Below are positions 26,694 through 35,993 of a DNA stretch of 64,000 nucleotides, one piece after another. A model generated the notes under the pieces. It did no database searches and was not told where the DNA came from. It was given only the letters and a program-made list of their open reading frames with translations. Origin of the DNA: Bdellovibrionota bacterium (GTDB taxonomy: Bacteria > Bdellovibrionota > FAC87 > UBA2466); contig JBGTAN010000002.1 in NCBI GenBank assembly GCA_041749855.1, positions 17,055 to 81,054 of the forward strand, in the 5' to 3' direction. The position numbers and the translations under genes are program-made. The stretch's first letter is position 1, and every line of letters begins with the position of its first letter.

Positions 26694-27214
26694 TCGCCGT
26701 GACCGTTTGGCTCACAATCGGTTTTCTTCTTCAAACGACATACTCCTTGAGAACGGAAGCTAAGCGTGAGAAGGACCGGCCTCAATTCTTACTCACCCCT
26801 CATTATGGAATCCTTTCGCCAGAAGAACTTCAGAAAGACGCACAAAACAATGGAAATTCCTTTTGGCAGTGTTTCCCTACAAAGTCTGTTTCAGTAGGCT
26901 ACGAAAAGTGGAAAGATTCGCACCCCATGGGCTCTTCCAGTCAACCCGTTGAAATGTGCGTTTTTGGAATAAAAGCCAAGCACGACGGAGTTTGGAGCGA
27001 GTTTGTTGGCCGCCGAGCAAATGAACTCGAGGTGTGCACCAAGTTGGTCACTAATTGGAACCGGCTCACAACAGGAGAACAATTTGTTTGCATCAACGGC
27101 GAGGGGATGGACTTCAAAAAACAGGCCCACGAGAAGGGGCTGCATTCGTGGACATGGCTCAAGCTGAAAACGAAGAAGGGGTGTTACGCCTACTTTCCTG
27201 ACGATTGCCCCTGA
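26564..27214 (+). CDS. Hypothetical membrane-anchored Cys-containing partner of the SLT gene
   Basis: One hydrophobic helix then a domain with 6 Cys. Start uncertain (26564 with overlap, or GTG 26699). Confidence 0.65.
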   Translation: MGRSGSGIQGDTFSTRKEQKGRRNHGKAGAIPQTTQRKASAQIVAVTVWLTIGFLLQTTYSLRTEAKREKDRPQFLLTPHYGILSPEELQKDAQNNGNSFWQCFPTKSVSVGYEKWKDSHPMGSSSQPVEMCVFGIKAKHDGVWSEFVGRRANELEVCTKLVTNWNRLTTGEQFVCINGEGMDFKKQAHEKGLHSWTWLKLKTKKGCYAYFPDDCP

Positions 27215-27248
27215 TCCAAGAGCCCCCAGACTGGAGTTTGGCTCGAAC

Positions 27249-27547
27249 CTATTTGTTTCTTTTCGGAACCAACTGAGACTGAGACAAGCGCCAAAGGTCG
27301 TCGATATCTTTCATCCTTGTATTGCCACCCTTAAACCGACGAAGGGCGGCTACTTTGTCGACGATGATGTTTTCTATGGTCGCTGCTTGAGGTTACCGCC
27401 CTTAAAAATAAAATCGGAAGACGCCCGATTCAATGCTTCGACATAGTTTAGCATTGTGTAGCGAAGGAAAGCCTGGGGCCCCTTAAGTCCGTTTTCCTTT
27501 GCCCACAGTCTAGCTTTCTTCAGAAAGGAGGAATTGGTTTCAGACAT
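27249..27547 (-). pseudogene. AbiEii/AbiGii nucleotidyltransferase toxin remnant (internal deletion and frameshift)
   Basis: N-terminal FIFKGGNL then a stop. The other frame reads ATIENIIVDK...NTRMKDIDDLW, the family C-terminal motif. Confidence 0.8.
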
Positions 27548-28136
27548 CAGCCAGCTCCTGCTGAACATGTGGCATCACTAGAGTCCCAAGCAGTCCGTCA
27601 TATTTAAGTATCAAAGCCATATTGGGATCATGTTGCCTGAGGTACCGCTTGAGGGCTTTGTAGAAAATGGGCCCACCCTTGTCGAATCGAAAGGCTTCCG
27701 CGAGAGATCGCTCGGGATCATAGATTGTGATTATTTCACCATGAAATTTCATTGCGGTAATACCAACAAGTCGCTTCGCTGGTACGCGGTGAACGCGAAG
27801 AAGCGCATTACGAATCGATGAATCTCTTGGGATATCGACATCGATTCGATCAACGCTTTCGTCTGAAAGCCCATGAATCACAAGCGCCGTAATATTGGAT
27901 AGAATCGCTTTGGGGTAAAAGCGCGGAATGGCGATAACGGAAGCGACAAAGGGATCTATTCTGGACGACGCATAAAGGCCTGCGCCCAGAGATACGATCT
28001 TTCCATCTTCAACTAGACGCTTGAGAGCCATCCTAGAGGATACCGAAGATTTCAATTGTTGCGCGCTGAGTACCTTCTCTTTCTGGAGTCGCGCAAGCAC
28101 GTTCGATAGGCTCTGACTTTTTACATTTTTCCGCAT
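27540..28136 (-). CDS. AbiEi-family type IV TA antitoxin
   Basis: LKRLV..G.I..LG.GLY, S..TAL.IHGLSD and IYDPERSL motifs. Overlaps the abiEii start. Confidence 0.85.
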   Translation of the reverse strand: MRKNVKSQSLSNVLARLQKEKVLSAQQLKSSVSSRMALKRLVEDGKIVSLGAGLYASSRIDPFVASVIAIPRFYPKAILSNITALVIHGLSDESVDRIDVDIPRDSSIRNALLRVHRVPAKRLVGITAMKFHGEIITIYDPERSLAEAFRFDKGGPIFYKALKRYLRQHDPNMALILKYDGLLGTLVMPHVQQELADV

Positions 28137-28142
28137 GTTACA

Positions 28143-28173
28143 ATATTACCACATATAAGCATTTATGTGGTAA
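28143..28173 (-). promoter_or_regulatory. AbiE operator inverted repeat with extended -10
   Basis: TTACCACATA-N8-TATGTGGTAA. TGG-TAATAT lies 6 nt before the ATG. Confidence 0.7.
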
Positions 28174-28194
28174 CTAAGTATCACACGTGCCTGC

Positions 28195-28899
28195 TCACAT
28201 CCTAGACTTCTTCTTCAGCCAAGCTCGATAGGCAGCGTTCACGTCCGGAGTTTCACACAAAATGGAAAGGTGTGTCTCCAACTTGCGACCGACCGACAGA
28301 TGTAAAAGATCATGCAAGCTGCACTTGGCTGCAATCATTTCAGTGACGGCAGTCGAGGTTTGGTAGTGAAACTTCAGGCCCAACGGATCTTGTAGGGGAT
28401 GGGTCATTGACCGTATGTCGCGCGTGGGTTGCCGGGCGAGCCACTTATAATCGACCGGACCCAATTTGCTCAGGTAGTTCGCAAGCCCTTCTTCCAGCCA
28501 CTTAGGAATCGCCTCTTTATACTTTTGAAAAAAAATGGCGTGCACGAGTTCGTGGGAAAGAATCGGTCCGAAGTTTTTTGGCGTCACATCAGGACCCAAG
28601 TGAAGCGTTCCTTCGGGGGGATTTGATGACCGGCGGAAAAAGGCTTTCACAGTAGGACCCGCCCCGTGAAGCGCCTGAAAGCGTTTTGCGTCAGCGTGGT
28701 AGAAGGCCTGGATGCGACGAATATCCCACTGCAAGTAGTCTTGAACAGGCCTAGAGGCCTTTTCGAGGAGGCTTTCGGTGATCCAAGCAGGCGCTTCAGC
28801 AAAGCGGATCGAATTGGTTATCACCTCAGCCGCTACCGCCGGGCGTAACCAGAGCATCGTCGTAACCAAAATCTGAAGCACTAAGGGTTGGCGCATCAC
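28195..28899 (-). CDS. Secreted gluzincin-like metallopeptidase domain protein
   Basis: Signal peptide, HELVH and PKWLEEGLANY motifs. Confidence 0.75.
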   Translation of the reverse strand: MMRQPLVLQILVTTMLWLRPAVAAEVITNSIRFAEAPAWITESLLEKASRPVQDYLQWDIRRIQAFYHADAKRFQALHGAGPTVKAFFRRSSNPPEGTLHLGPDVTPKNFGPILSHELVHAIFFQKYKEAIPKWLEEGLANYLSKLGPVDYKWLARQPTRDIRSMTHPLQDPLGLKFHYQTSTAVTEMIAAKCSLHDLLHLSVGRKLETHLSILCETPDVNAAYRAWLKKKSRM

Positions 28900-28908
28900 G
28901 GAGTCTTC

Positions 28909-29682
28909 ATGTTATCAACAGACACCATGTATTGGATACTCTGCTTCATCGTTTTCCTAGTCGGCTACCTGATTAACAGCTTCTACATTACCGTTTTATA
29001 TCACCGCGGGCTCGCACACGGCGCCGTGAAACTGCGCCCCTGGGTACGCCAGATGGTCGTGCTGACCGGAAACTGGGTCACTGGCTTGGATCCCAAGGCC
29101 TGGGCTTGCATGCACCGTCGACACCATCTTTACTCTGATACCCCGCAGGATCCCCATAGCCCAGTGCACCAAGGTGTCTTCCCGCTTTTGTACGGGCAGC
29201 TGAAATCCTATAAACGCACTATCCGCGGCCTCATGACTCAGCAGAAATCCTATACTTCTTTTGTCCCGGATTTGGATTTTTCGGTGAATGTCCTCAATCG
29301 CCAAGGACTTTGGTATGTGCCCTATATAGTGCACGCCGCAATCGCTCTTTCCTTCGGCTTTATCGGAGGCTTCTGGTTGCTGGGAGCAGCCTATTGGCTG
29401 GGAATCATGAGCCACCCGATTCAGGGTTGGATGGTCAATGCATTGGCTCATCGCTTCGGCTATCGAAATTTTGCAACGGGCGACAATTCTCGGAACAACT
29501 ATCTCGTGGCGATTTTGGTTTGGGGTGAGGGCTATCAGAACAACCACCACCATGCGCCCACTTCCGTCAGGTTTGGAGCAAAATGGTGGGAGCTCGATCT
29601 AGGCTACTACCTTTGCCATGTCGCCAAGGCGTTCCGCATGGTGGATTTTCGTCCCTCTCGCTTCGGCGCTTTGCCGGCCTAG
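28909..29682 (+). CDS. Acyl-lipid/acyl-CoA fatty acid desaturase
   Basis: His boxes YHRGLAH, HRRHH..SD...DPHSP and GEGYQNNHH. Confidence 0.92.
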   Translation: MLSTDTMYWILCFIVFLVGYLINSFYITVLYHRGLAHGAVKLRPWVRQMVVLTGNWVTGLDPKAWACMHRRHHLYSDTPQDPHSPVHQGVFPLLYGQLKSYKRTIRGLMTQQKSYTSFVPDLDFSVNVLNRQGLWYVPYIVHAAIALSFGFIGGFWLLGAAYWLGIMSHPIQGWMVNALAHRFGYRNFATGDNSRNNYLVAILVWGEGYQNNHHHAPTSVRFGAKWWELDLGYYLCHVAKAFRMVDFRPSRFGALPA

Positions 29683-29702
29683 TCTTGCGCTCTGAGGCTG
29701 GT

Positions 29703-30668
29703 TCATTCTGGCTCTGATGCGGGCTGCCGATCGCCGTTTTCCTGGCGATTGTGCTCATCTTCCTCACGGACTTCTTTCATCTGACTCCGCAGGAAGTAAG
29801 ACTTTTGCATCGCTTTCAAAGTAATTACGGCTTCATCCAGCGCTTGAACAAGGCGCTGACTCGATCGAGGCAGATCCGGGGCAATCAGTGCAAGCGCAGG
29901 AACTACTTTCTTAAATTCTTCGCTCAGCAAGGACATATTGGCGACCATCGCTCCAAGATCCTTTCCCATCTCCGGGGAATGCGCGCGCATCTGGTCCGTT
30001 GTCACAGCCAGATTGGCAACCAAAGTTCCCAAATGCTGTTCCTTGCTCATCTGACGACTCACTTTTGATAGCTCTGCCGCTGCTGTGGTGACGTTCTTGA
30101 GCATCTTAGGAAGATTAGTAATTGAACTGACCATCTTCTCCGAGCTTCTTTCTTTGAGGAGCATATCAACAAGCTTCTTCATCTCTGCTGCCGCAAGTTC
30201 CATGGTCTCAAAGTACGGCGCAAGTTTTCGGCCATTGAGCAAATCCATGACACCCATTGACTCTGTGGATGCGATCACGGCCCCCTCAGGAAGGCGCGCT
30301 TTGGATGCGGAACCTGGAGAAAGGTGGAGCACCTTTTCTCCGACGAGGAAGGGACGTGAAAGCTGAATACGACTGTCCTCGCGAATACGGTCTTTAAACT
30401 TCCTCAAAATTCTCAGATGCGTTCGAATCTGATTCTGATCATCCAACTCGATTTTTTCAACCGCCCCGATGCGAACTCCTACCATCTCTACGGGTGAGCC
30501 AATACGAACACCATCGCCGGATTCTAAAAGCGTGTAAAAGGACAACTTCGGCTGGAACCAGCCCTTCTGAGTCACAAGCAAAAGAAAGAAAATGGAACTC
30601 CCGAATAGGACGGCTCCCACAAAGATGCTGGCCATGCGTTCGTACTTCCTATTTGCACTTTGCGCCAC
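29703..30668 (-). CDS. mlaD: MlaD/MCE family protein
   Basis: TM, then GV..GSPV.MVGV.IG.V MCE motif and a helical tail. Confidence 0.88.
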   Translation of the reverse strand: MAQSANRKYERMASIFVGAVLFGSSIFFLLLVTQKGWFQPKLSFYTLLESGDGVRIGSPVEMVGVRIGAVEKIELDDQNQIRTHLRILRKFKDRIREDSRIQLSRPFLVGEKVLHLSPGSASKARLPEGAVIASTESMGVMDLLNGRKLAPYFETMELAAAEMKKLVDMLLKERSSEKMVSSITNLPKMLKNVTTAAAELSKVSRQMSKEQHLGTLVANLAVTTDQMRAHSPEMGKDLGAMVANMSLLSEEFKKVVPALALIAPDLPRSSQRLVQALDEAVITLKAMQKSYFLRSQMKEVREEDEHNRQENGDRQPASEPE

Positions 30669-31384
30669 TAGCTACGCCCCCGCTTTGGCTGGAGCGCATG
30701 GCCTTTCAGCTCGATGCTTTCCCAGTCAAAGAACTCGATTAAGAACGGATCTTCCGTCACGATGACCACATACTGCAAGCCCATCTCGGACTGGTGCCAC
30801 CTTACAAGCTCCGCCAACTTTTCCACTCCCGACCGATGCAACCCATCCGCAGGACTGTCCAAAATCAATAGCCGTGGCGAAAGGATAAGCGCCCGAGCAA
30901 GGGCGCAGGCTTTGCGCACACTGGCGGGGGTAAGCGCTGGCAGATGGCCTGCGTAGTCTGCAATTCCAAAATGGTCCAAGTAGGCTTGTACGCGTGCAGC
31001 GCGATCTGGTATCGGCACAGCCTGATGGTAGTTCAGCGGAAGCATCAAGTTGTCGCGAAGCGAGTAGTTCGAGAGTAAACCGCGGGTCTCAAAGCCAAAG
31101 CCTACGGACAGTTGCCATTCAAGTCGTGCATGGGAATCCAGGGTATTCACATCCAGATCATTCACGGCGTAGACGCCTTGGGTGGGAGCCTCTAAACCTC
31201 CTAGCAAGCGAAGGACGGTGGTAGTTCCTTCCCCTTCATGACCGAGCACCCGAATCATCTTTGACGAAGGGAAGAGAAAGCTGGAGCTGTCCAATATTTT
31301 TTTTCCCGTGTCATATTGAAAGGAAACCTTCTTCAGCTGCATGGAGAAGATCTCAGGATGCGGAATACGCGCAACAGATTTCAT
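30668..31384 (-). CDS. mlaF: MlaF-like ABC ATP-binding protein with degenerate motifs
   Basis: Lies between mlaE and mlaD. NLMLPL.YH and ALARAL..P.LLILD motifs. Confidence 0.75.
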   Translation of the reverse strand: MKSVARIPHPEIFSMQLKKVSFQYDTGKKILDSSSFLFPSSKMIRVLGHEGEGTTTVLRLLGGLEAPTQGVYAVNDLDVNTLDSHARLEWQLSVGFGFETRGLLSNYSLRDNLMLPLNYHQAVPIPDRAARVQAYLDHFGIADYAGHLPALTPASVRKACALARALILSPRLLILDSPADGLHRSGVEKLAELVRWHQSEMGLQYVVIVTEDPFLIEFFDWESIELKGHALQPKRGRS

Positions 31385-32217
31385 AGCTGCACTCCTCCCT
31401 GCATCAGGCGAATGAGCATCACGGTCGTCAGCACAAAGTTGATCAGTGTGACAGAGACGATATTGACGACAACGGCCTTGGTCGTAACCTGAGGGACTTC
31501 ATGATGACTTTTTTTCACCTGCAGACCCTGATAGCTGGAGGCTGAGAATATCGCCGCGCCCATCAGGAATGCCTTGAGAAAGACGATACATACATCTTCG
31601 CCTTGCACTTGGTTTACAAAGGAGGTGATGAAAACCATCACGGGAATTTCATGAAACAAGTTGGAAGTGAGAAAGCCACCGGCAATAGCGACGAAATCAA
31701 AGTAAAGAACCAGGCAGACGACACTGAGTACGCCTGCAATGAGTCTTGGAAAAACAATGAAGCTCAAAGGGTTGATACCCATTACGGATAGCGCGTCAAT
31801 TTCTCCGTTCGCTCGCATATTTCCCAGCTCAGAAGCGACAGCCGTGCCAGAACGTGCAATCACCACAAATCCGACAATCAAGGGACCCAGCTCACGACCG
31901 ACCACAAGATACAGTAGACTGGATCCCACATCGCCACTGCCGAGAGGGTTCGCTTGGTTGGCAGAATAGAAGGTAATGAGGCTGCCAGTGGCAAAGGCGA
32001 CGACCAGAATAAGGGGCATCGCCTGCCATCCCGTGAAGTAGGTTTGGGCTGCGATCACGCGTAGGGTCTCTCGCATCGCGTGCGATCGATCGAAAACGGC
32101 AGCACGAACGCTGGCCGCGATCATGAAGAGGATATTTCCCCAATACTCAAAAAGACGGAGCACAGACTGCCCCATTTTTTCAAGAAGAGAAAAGGGCGAA
32201 AGCAAAGCGACGTTCAC
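31381..32217 (-). CDS. mlaE: MlaE ABC permease
   Basis: RELGPL, RSGTAVASELG.M...EIDAL..MG and P..TTKAVV motifs. Confidence 0.92.
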   Translation of the reverse strand: MNVALLSPFSLLEKMGQSVLRLFEYWGNILFMIAASVRAAVFDRSHAMRETLRVIAAQTYFTGWQAMPLILVVAFATGSLITFYSANQANPLGSGDVGSSLLYLVVGRELGPLIVGFVVIARSGTAVASELGNMRANGEIDALSVMGINPLSFIVFPRLIAGVLSVVCLVLYFDFVAIAGGFLTSNLFHEIPVMVFITSFVNQVQGEDVCIVFLKAFLMGAAIFSASSYQGLQVKKSHHEVPQVTTKAVVVNIVSVTLINFVLTTVMLIRLMQGGVQL

Positions 32218-32266
32218 CCTATCTTTTCGGCATGTTCAGCGAGTGAGATGATAACTGATCACTGCG

Positions 32267-33148
32267 TCAAATAGGTTCCATGAAGAGTAGGAAATCCGAC
32301 GTGACGCACCCCTCATCGCGGGTATCGTACTCGGACAAAGTGACCTCTTCGGACGACTGACGGTTCCAGCGATGCGTTGATTGACGCAGGAACTCGCAGA
32401 TTGCCTGGTAAGTCAGACCCGTAGGAATTTCAATCGCTTCCCCTACGCGAAGTGCTTCCGGCACAATGGTTTCGCCGCGCTGCTTCAATCTTTCGAAGTT
32501 TGCCCGAGCCTTACCGAGGACTTCGGGTGCTGTCTCTAAATCTCGAACCACCCGGATCAGGTCTTTTGCGACTTTATAGCGCTGCACCACAATTTTGCTC
32601 CCTGCAAGCGTCTTCATTGCCTGTTCGATGGGCTCTGCAGGAACGAAAAGGGCTTGGTTTTCACCCGCCGCGTCAGAGACGAAGCTGAAAACCCCAATCG
32701 GAACTGCTCCGTTGCCGAAATCTAAAAGGAACTTTTGCGAAGACTTCAGGTCGTAGGAGACTTCATCCAAGATCTCCTCGGGAAGGATGTTCTTAGTGAC
32801 CGTCATCACACTGCCGCCGGCCACTTTGCCGGTTTCATCCCGCACAAACTCTTTGAAACGAACCTTAATTCGCAATTCAGGGGGGATACCCTGACCATCC
32901 GCAATCGAATGGTGCAAAACAAGCTGGTAGGGTTGAGCACTCACGAGCCCGCCCGTACTACGAGCAATGGCTCGAGGCTTCCCATCCATTTTGGAAATAG
33001 CAGCGTCTATCGTGGCCTTGCGCACAGAGACTTCATGCCGAACGCCTTTTGGATCGAAATAGATAAGACGCGCGCGTTTAGGGTCACGCTCATCCGGCGT
33101 TACGATAAATGACTCAATAGGAATGCGAAGCGGTAAAGCGGCTTTCAT
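32267..33148 (-). CDS. Hypothetical protein
   Basis: 293 aa ORF with GGGAG RBS and an upstream sigma54-like motif. Confidence 0.7.
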   Translation of the reverse strand: MKAALPLRIPIESFIVTPDERDPKRARLIYFDPKGVRHEVSVRKATIDAAISKMDGKPRAIARSTGGLVSAQPYQLVLHHSIADGQGIPPELRIKVRFKEFVRDETGKVAGGSVMTVTKNILPEEILDEVSYDLKSSQKFLLDFGNGAVPIGVFSFVSDAAGENQALFVPAEPIEQAMKTLAGSKIVVQRYKVAKDLIRVVRDLETAPEVLGKARANFERLKQRGETIVPEALRVGEAIEIPTGLTYQAICEFLRQSTHRWNRQSSEEVTLSEYDTRDEGCVTSDFLLFMEPI

Positions 33149-33171
33149 AAGAACTCCCTAGCTCTTACAAG

Positions 33172-33187
33172 AGCAAGGGGCCTGCCA
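33172..33187 (-). promoter_or_regulatory. Sigma54-like promoter
   Basis: TGGCAGGCCCCTTGCT. Confidence 0.55.
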
Positions 33188-33398
33188 ACTTCGCGTCAAA
33201 GGCTCTCATCTAAATATCTGTTTTTATTGAACCATTTAGGCGGGGGTGCACTCTCTGTGGTCAAAGTGTGTACGCCACCGACGGGGCTATGAGCAAGTAC
33301 ATGAAATTGCGGCGATCCCTAGCGCACGCGATTTAGACGCAAGGCGCGCTTCGCAGAACGCTCGTGCTCAATGTAGATGGGAGACAGGCACAGTGGGC

Positions 33399-34367
33399 TT
33401 AATACTTTGCGATTTCATAGGCGACGCTGACTTGTTCGTCGTCACCAGGAGCAAAGTCGAGATTGTGAAATACCACACGATTCATATCAAAATCATAGAC
33501 CCAAAAGCCGCCGCTCTCCTCAGGCCCGCCTGGCAAGTCTTTGCCTACGTAAGTGACTCGAAGGGTATCGATTTGAGGCCTATCGGGAAGCTGAATAAAC
33601 GGGCGTTTGATTCGCTCAACCAAATGCGAACCCAAGTCCGCCAAGTCTTTCCCGAAATCATTGTTGCACAGCTTGTAGTGCTTACCGCCGGTTGCCTTGA
33701 TCAATGCCTCGTAAGGACTTCCTACATAATTCCAAAAACCATCCGTCATCTGGCAGCCAAAATCCTGAGCCGCAAAGACGCCGTAGTTCACTACCTTCTT
33801 GATATCCCCTTTAGTTTTCTCCAAGAAAGTGAGGATGTCCTTCGCAGGTATCCGGCTTTGCTCCTCAGCATCGGTGAGCATGATCACAGCCAAAGTTGCC
33901 TGCTTGCGAATAAAGTCAGGATAGGTGGTCAGATGCTTTCTGATAGGAGCCAATGTCTGCTCGGTGACATCCCCGTTAATCCCTAAACGGCTGACAGCAC
34001 GCTGAAAGTCTCGAATCGGATCGGCAGACATATAAGTCAGAAGCGTTGTTGGAGTAAACCCAATGTAGGGGTTCTCATTCAAGGAAGTGGACACGATTCC
34101 CATCTTCCATTCCAGTCCGCCTTTTGCGACGAAAGTGTTGATGAAAATTCCGGCGTTCCGAATGAGGTCTTGCTGGTAGCTCCCCATGCTGCCGCTGTTA
34201 TCGATCACCCAAAGAATGTCGACCTTGGTTTCGCCTTGTAGCTCTTTCAGCTTGTGGGGCGTTTCGAAGTAAGTCGGCTCCACCCCAGTGATGTGATTCA
34301 AATACTGAGTATCTCGGCCACAGCTTGCGAAAACCAGAAGAAGAACCACTCCCAATAGGTGTTTCAT
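33399..34367 (-). CDS. vWA-domain lipoprotein (CglB-like adhesin position)
   Basis: Lipobox FASC, MIDAS motif VDILWVIDNSGSM and LTDAEE. Last gene of the gliding operon. Confidence 0.8.
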   Translation of the reverse strand: MKHLLGVVLLLVFASCGRDTQYLNHITGVEPTYFETPHKLKELQGETKVDILWVIDNSGSMGSYQQDLIRNAGIFINTFVAKGGLEWKMGIVSTSLNENPYIGFTPTTLLTYMSADPIRDFQRAVSRLGINGDVTEQTLAPIRKHLTTYPDFIRKQATLAVIMLTDAEEQSRIPAKDILTFLEKTKGDIKKVVNYGVFAAQDFGCQMTDGFWNYVGSPYEALIKATGGKHYKLCNNDFGKDLADLGSHLVERIKRPFIQLPDRPQIDTLRVTYVGKDLPGGPEESGGFWVYDFDMNRVVFHNLDFAPGDDEQVSVAYEIAKY

Positions 34368-35992
34368 CTTTTGCTCACTTTCTCCTGGCAGCGAGATTGT
34401 GCTACCGAAGTCAGTTTAAACAATTCGTCAGGCCAAATCACCCCATCAAATGGAAAAACCATCTCAGATTGAGACGCTTCGTTAAGAGCTTCTTTGGATT
34501 CCTCTTTCAAGCGACTTGCCGTGTCACGCTCGAGAGCGGAGACGGCTCCAGACGGAGCACTCGCAGAAGGAGAAGTCTCTTTGCTGAGTAGGCGCACCTG
34601 GCTAAAGAGTTCGACTTTAACAAACTGCATTTTACGAATCGCTTCCGTAAGTACCGTTTTGCGATTCTTCCAATGCCTACGTACCTCATCAGCGACTTGT
34701 TTGCGCGCCGACTCAGAGGCCGAAAGCGCTCGCGCTTTGGCTTTTTCCCAGTGGTGCTGAGGTCCGACCGCGGGAAGTACCGCCGTGATGCTCTGGGTTG
34801 CCAATGCTTCCAGGAGATCGGCTTCCGCCTTCTTTGAATCGCGAGAGCGACGAGCCGCTTCAACAAAGAAATCGGACTCCGCCACTGGCGGATCCTCTGC
34901 TGTCATTGCAGCCTGAATCTTCGTAGCCCATTCCTTATTGCTCTTCACGAAAGCATTGAGCTCTTTTTCGACCTCTGCGTAGTAGCAAAGCTTTAGATTA
35001 GAAATCGACCGCAGCACGTAAACATCCGGCGCGAACTTGTCGTTAAACAATCCACTCCCGAGCGTTTCCAGTTCACCGCGAAGCTTCGAAGTATCTCCCT
35101 GACGAAGCCACACCCATCCTAACTCCTCACGTGCATTGAGGAAGTCCTTCGATCCGTTCGGAATCTTAAGGTAGTACTCCGCCGCACCATCCAAGGAGCC
35201 CGCTTGGTACAAAAGCCGAGCTATCTGAATGTAATGCGCAGACAAACCTTCAATATCTTTTCGAGCCGAAATAGCAGGCTCCAAGTGTTGTTTCAGAACG
35301 GCACCCGCACCACGCAAATCACTTTTGCGTGCAAGCGCCAGAGCGACCGTGTTTGCAAGCGGCACTTTCAGTGCGTGGTCGGCTGGCAACAATGCCAACG
35401 CCCTTTCTGCGTTCACCCCAGTGCGCAGACTGCCCCACGCCTGCACGGTGGCATAGTGGCTTCCTCGATTCTGGTTCTGCTTCGCCACGGTCCGCAGCTG
35501 TTCTGCCGTTACCGAAACCGCATTGTCGACCCACCACTTGTCAAACCCCGGGTTAATCGTTTGATCGAGAGCGAGGGACAAAGACGAATCTACAAAGCTC
35601 TTTCTGTCTAAACTCTCCACCCATTGATCAAAGAAGGTTTGGGGCAGATTCAACTTGTAGAGTGAGTAGAGATAACCCGCTCGGGCCGCCGGCTCGAAAC
35701 GGCTGGGCAAGTGTTTTTGAATCGCCGTCCACAGATGCGCGGCTCCCGCATAGTCTTTTTTGATTACCTTCTGCGCCCAGAGTTTAATTTCGAATGGCAG
35801 CTTGCTCTCCACTTGAACGTGAGAAAAAAACTGCACCAGAAACGGATCACTCAGATCGCTTGAAACTACCGCTGTCGTAGAAATCGCCTCTTGAACGGGG
35901 ACGCCTCCTACTTTGTTGAGGAGCGCATCGGCGCCAGTTCCAGCACCCATTGCGACTTGCGCAGTCAAACAGAAGATCAATCCCAATCGCAT
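34364..35992 (-). CDS. TPR-containing periplasmic gliding-cluster protein (GltC-like)
   Basis: Signal peptide and TPR-like ARLLYQ.G....A..YY.KIP..S..FL.AREE..W. C-terminal FPFDG..W.DEL. Confidence 0.7.
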   Translation of the reverse strand: MRLGLIFCLTAQVAMGAGTGADALLNKVGGVPVQEAISTTAVVSSDLSDPFLVQFFSHVQVESKLPFEIKLWAQKVIKKDYAGAAHLWTAIQKHLPSRFEPAARAGYLYSLYKLNLPQTFFDQWVESLDRKSFVDSSLSLALDQTINPGFDKWWVDNAVSVTAEQLRTVAKQNQNRGSHYATVQAWGSLRTGVNAERALALLPADHALKVPLANTVALALARKSDLRGAGAVLKQHLEPAISARKDIEGLSAHYIQIARLLYQAGSLDGAAEYYLKIPNGSKDFLNAREELGWVWLRQGDTSKLRGELETLGSGLFNDKFAPDVYVLRSISNLKLCYYAEVEKELNAFVKSNKEWATKIQAAMTAEDPPVAESDFFVEAARRSRDSKKAEADLLEALATQSITAVLPAVGPQHHWEKAKARALSASESARKQVADEVRRHWKNRKTVLTEAIRKMQFVKVELFSQVRLLSKETSPSASAPSGAVSALERDTASRLKEESKEALNEASQSEMVFPFDGVIWPDELFKLTSVAQSRCQEKVSKR

Positions 35993-35993
35993 C

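Noticed and set aside
27374-27568. 64 aa ORF as a functional small protein
   Set aside because: It is the N-terminal fragment of the broken abiEii.
33150-33398. Intergenic region after the gliding operon as possible riboswitch or sRNA
   Set aside because: Only short GC-rich inverted segments and a sigma54-like motif. No recognisable RNA family.
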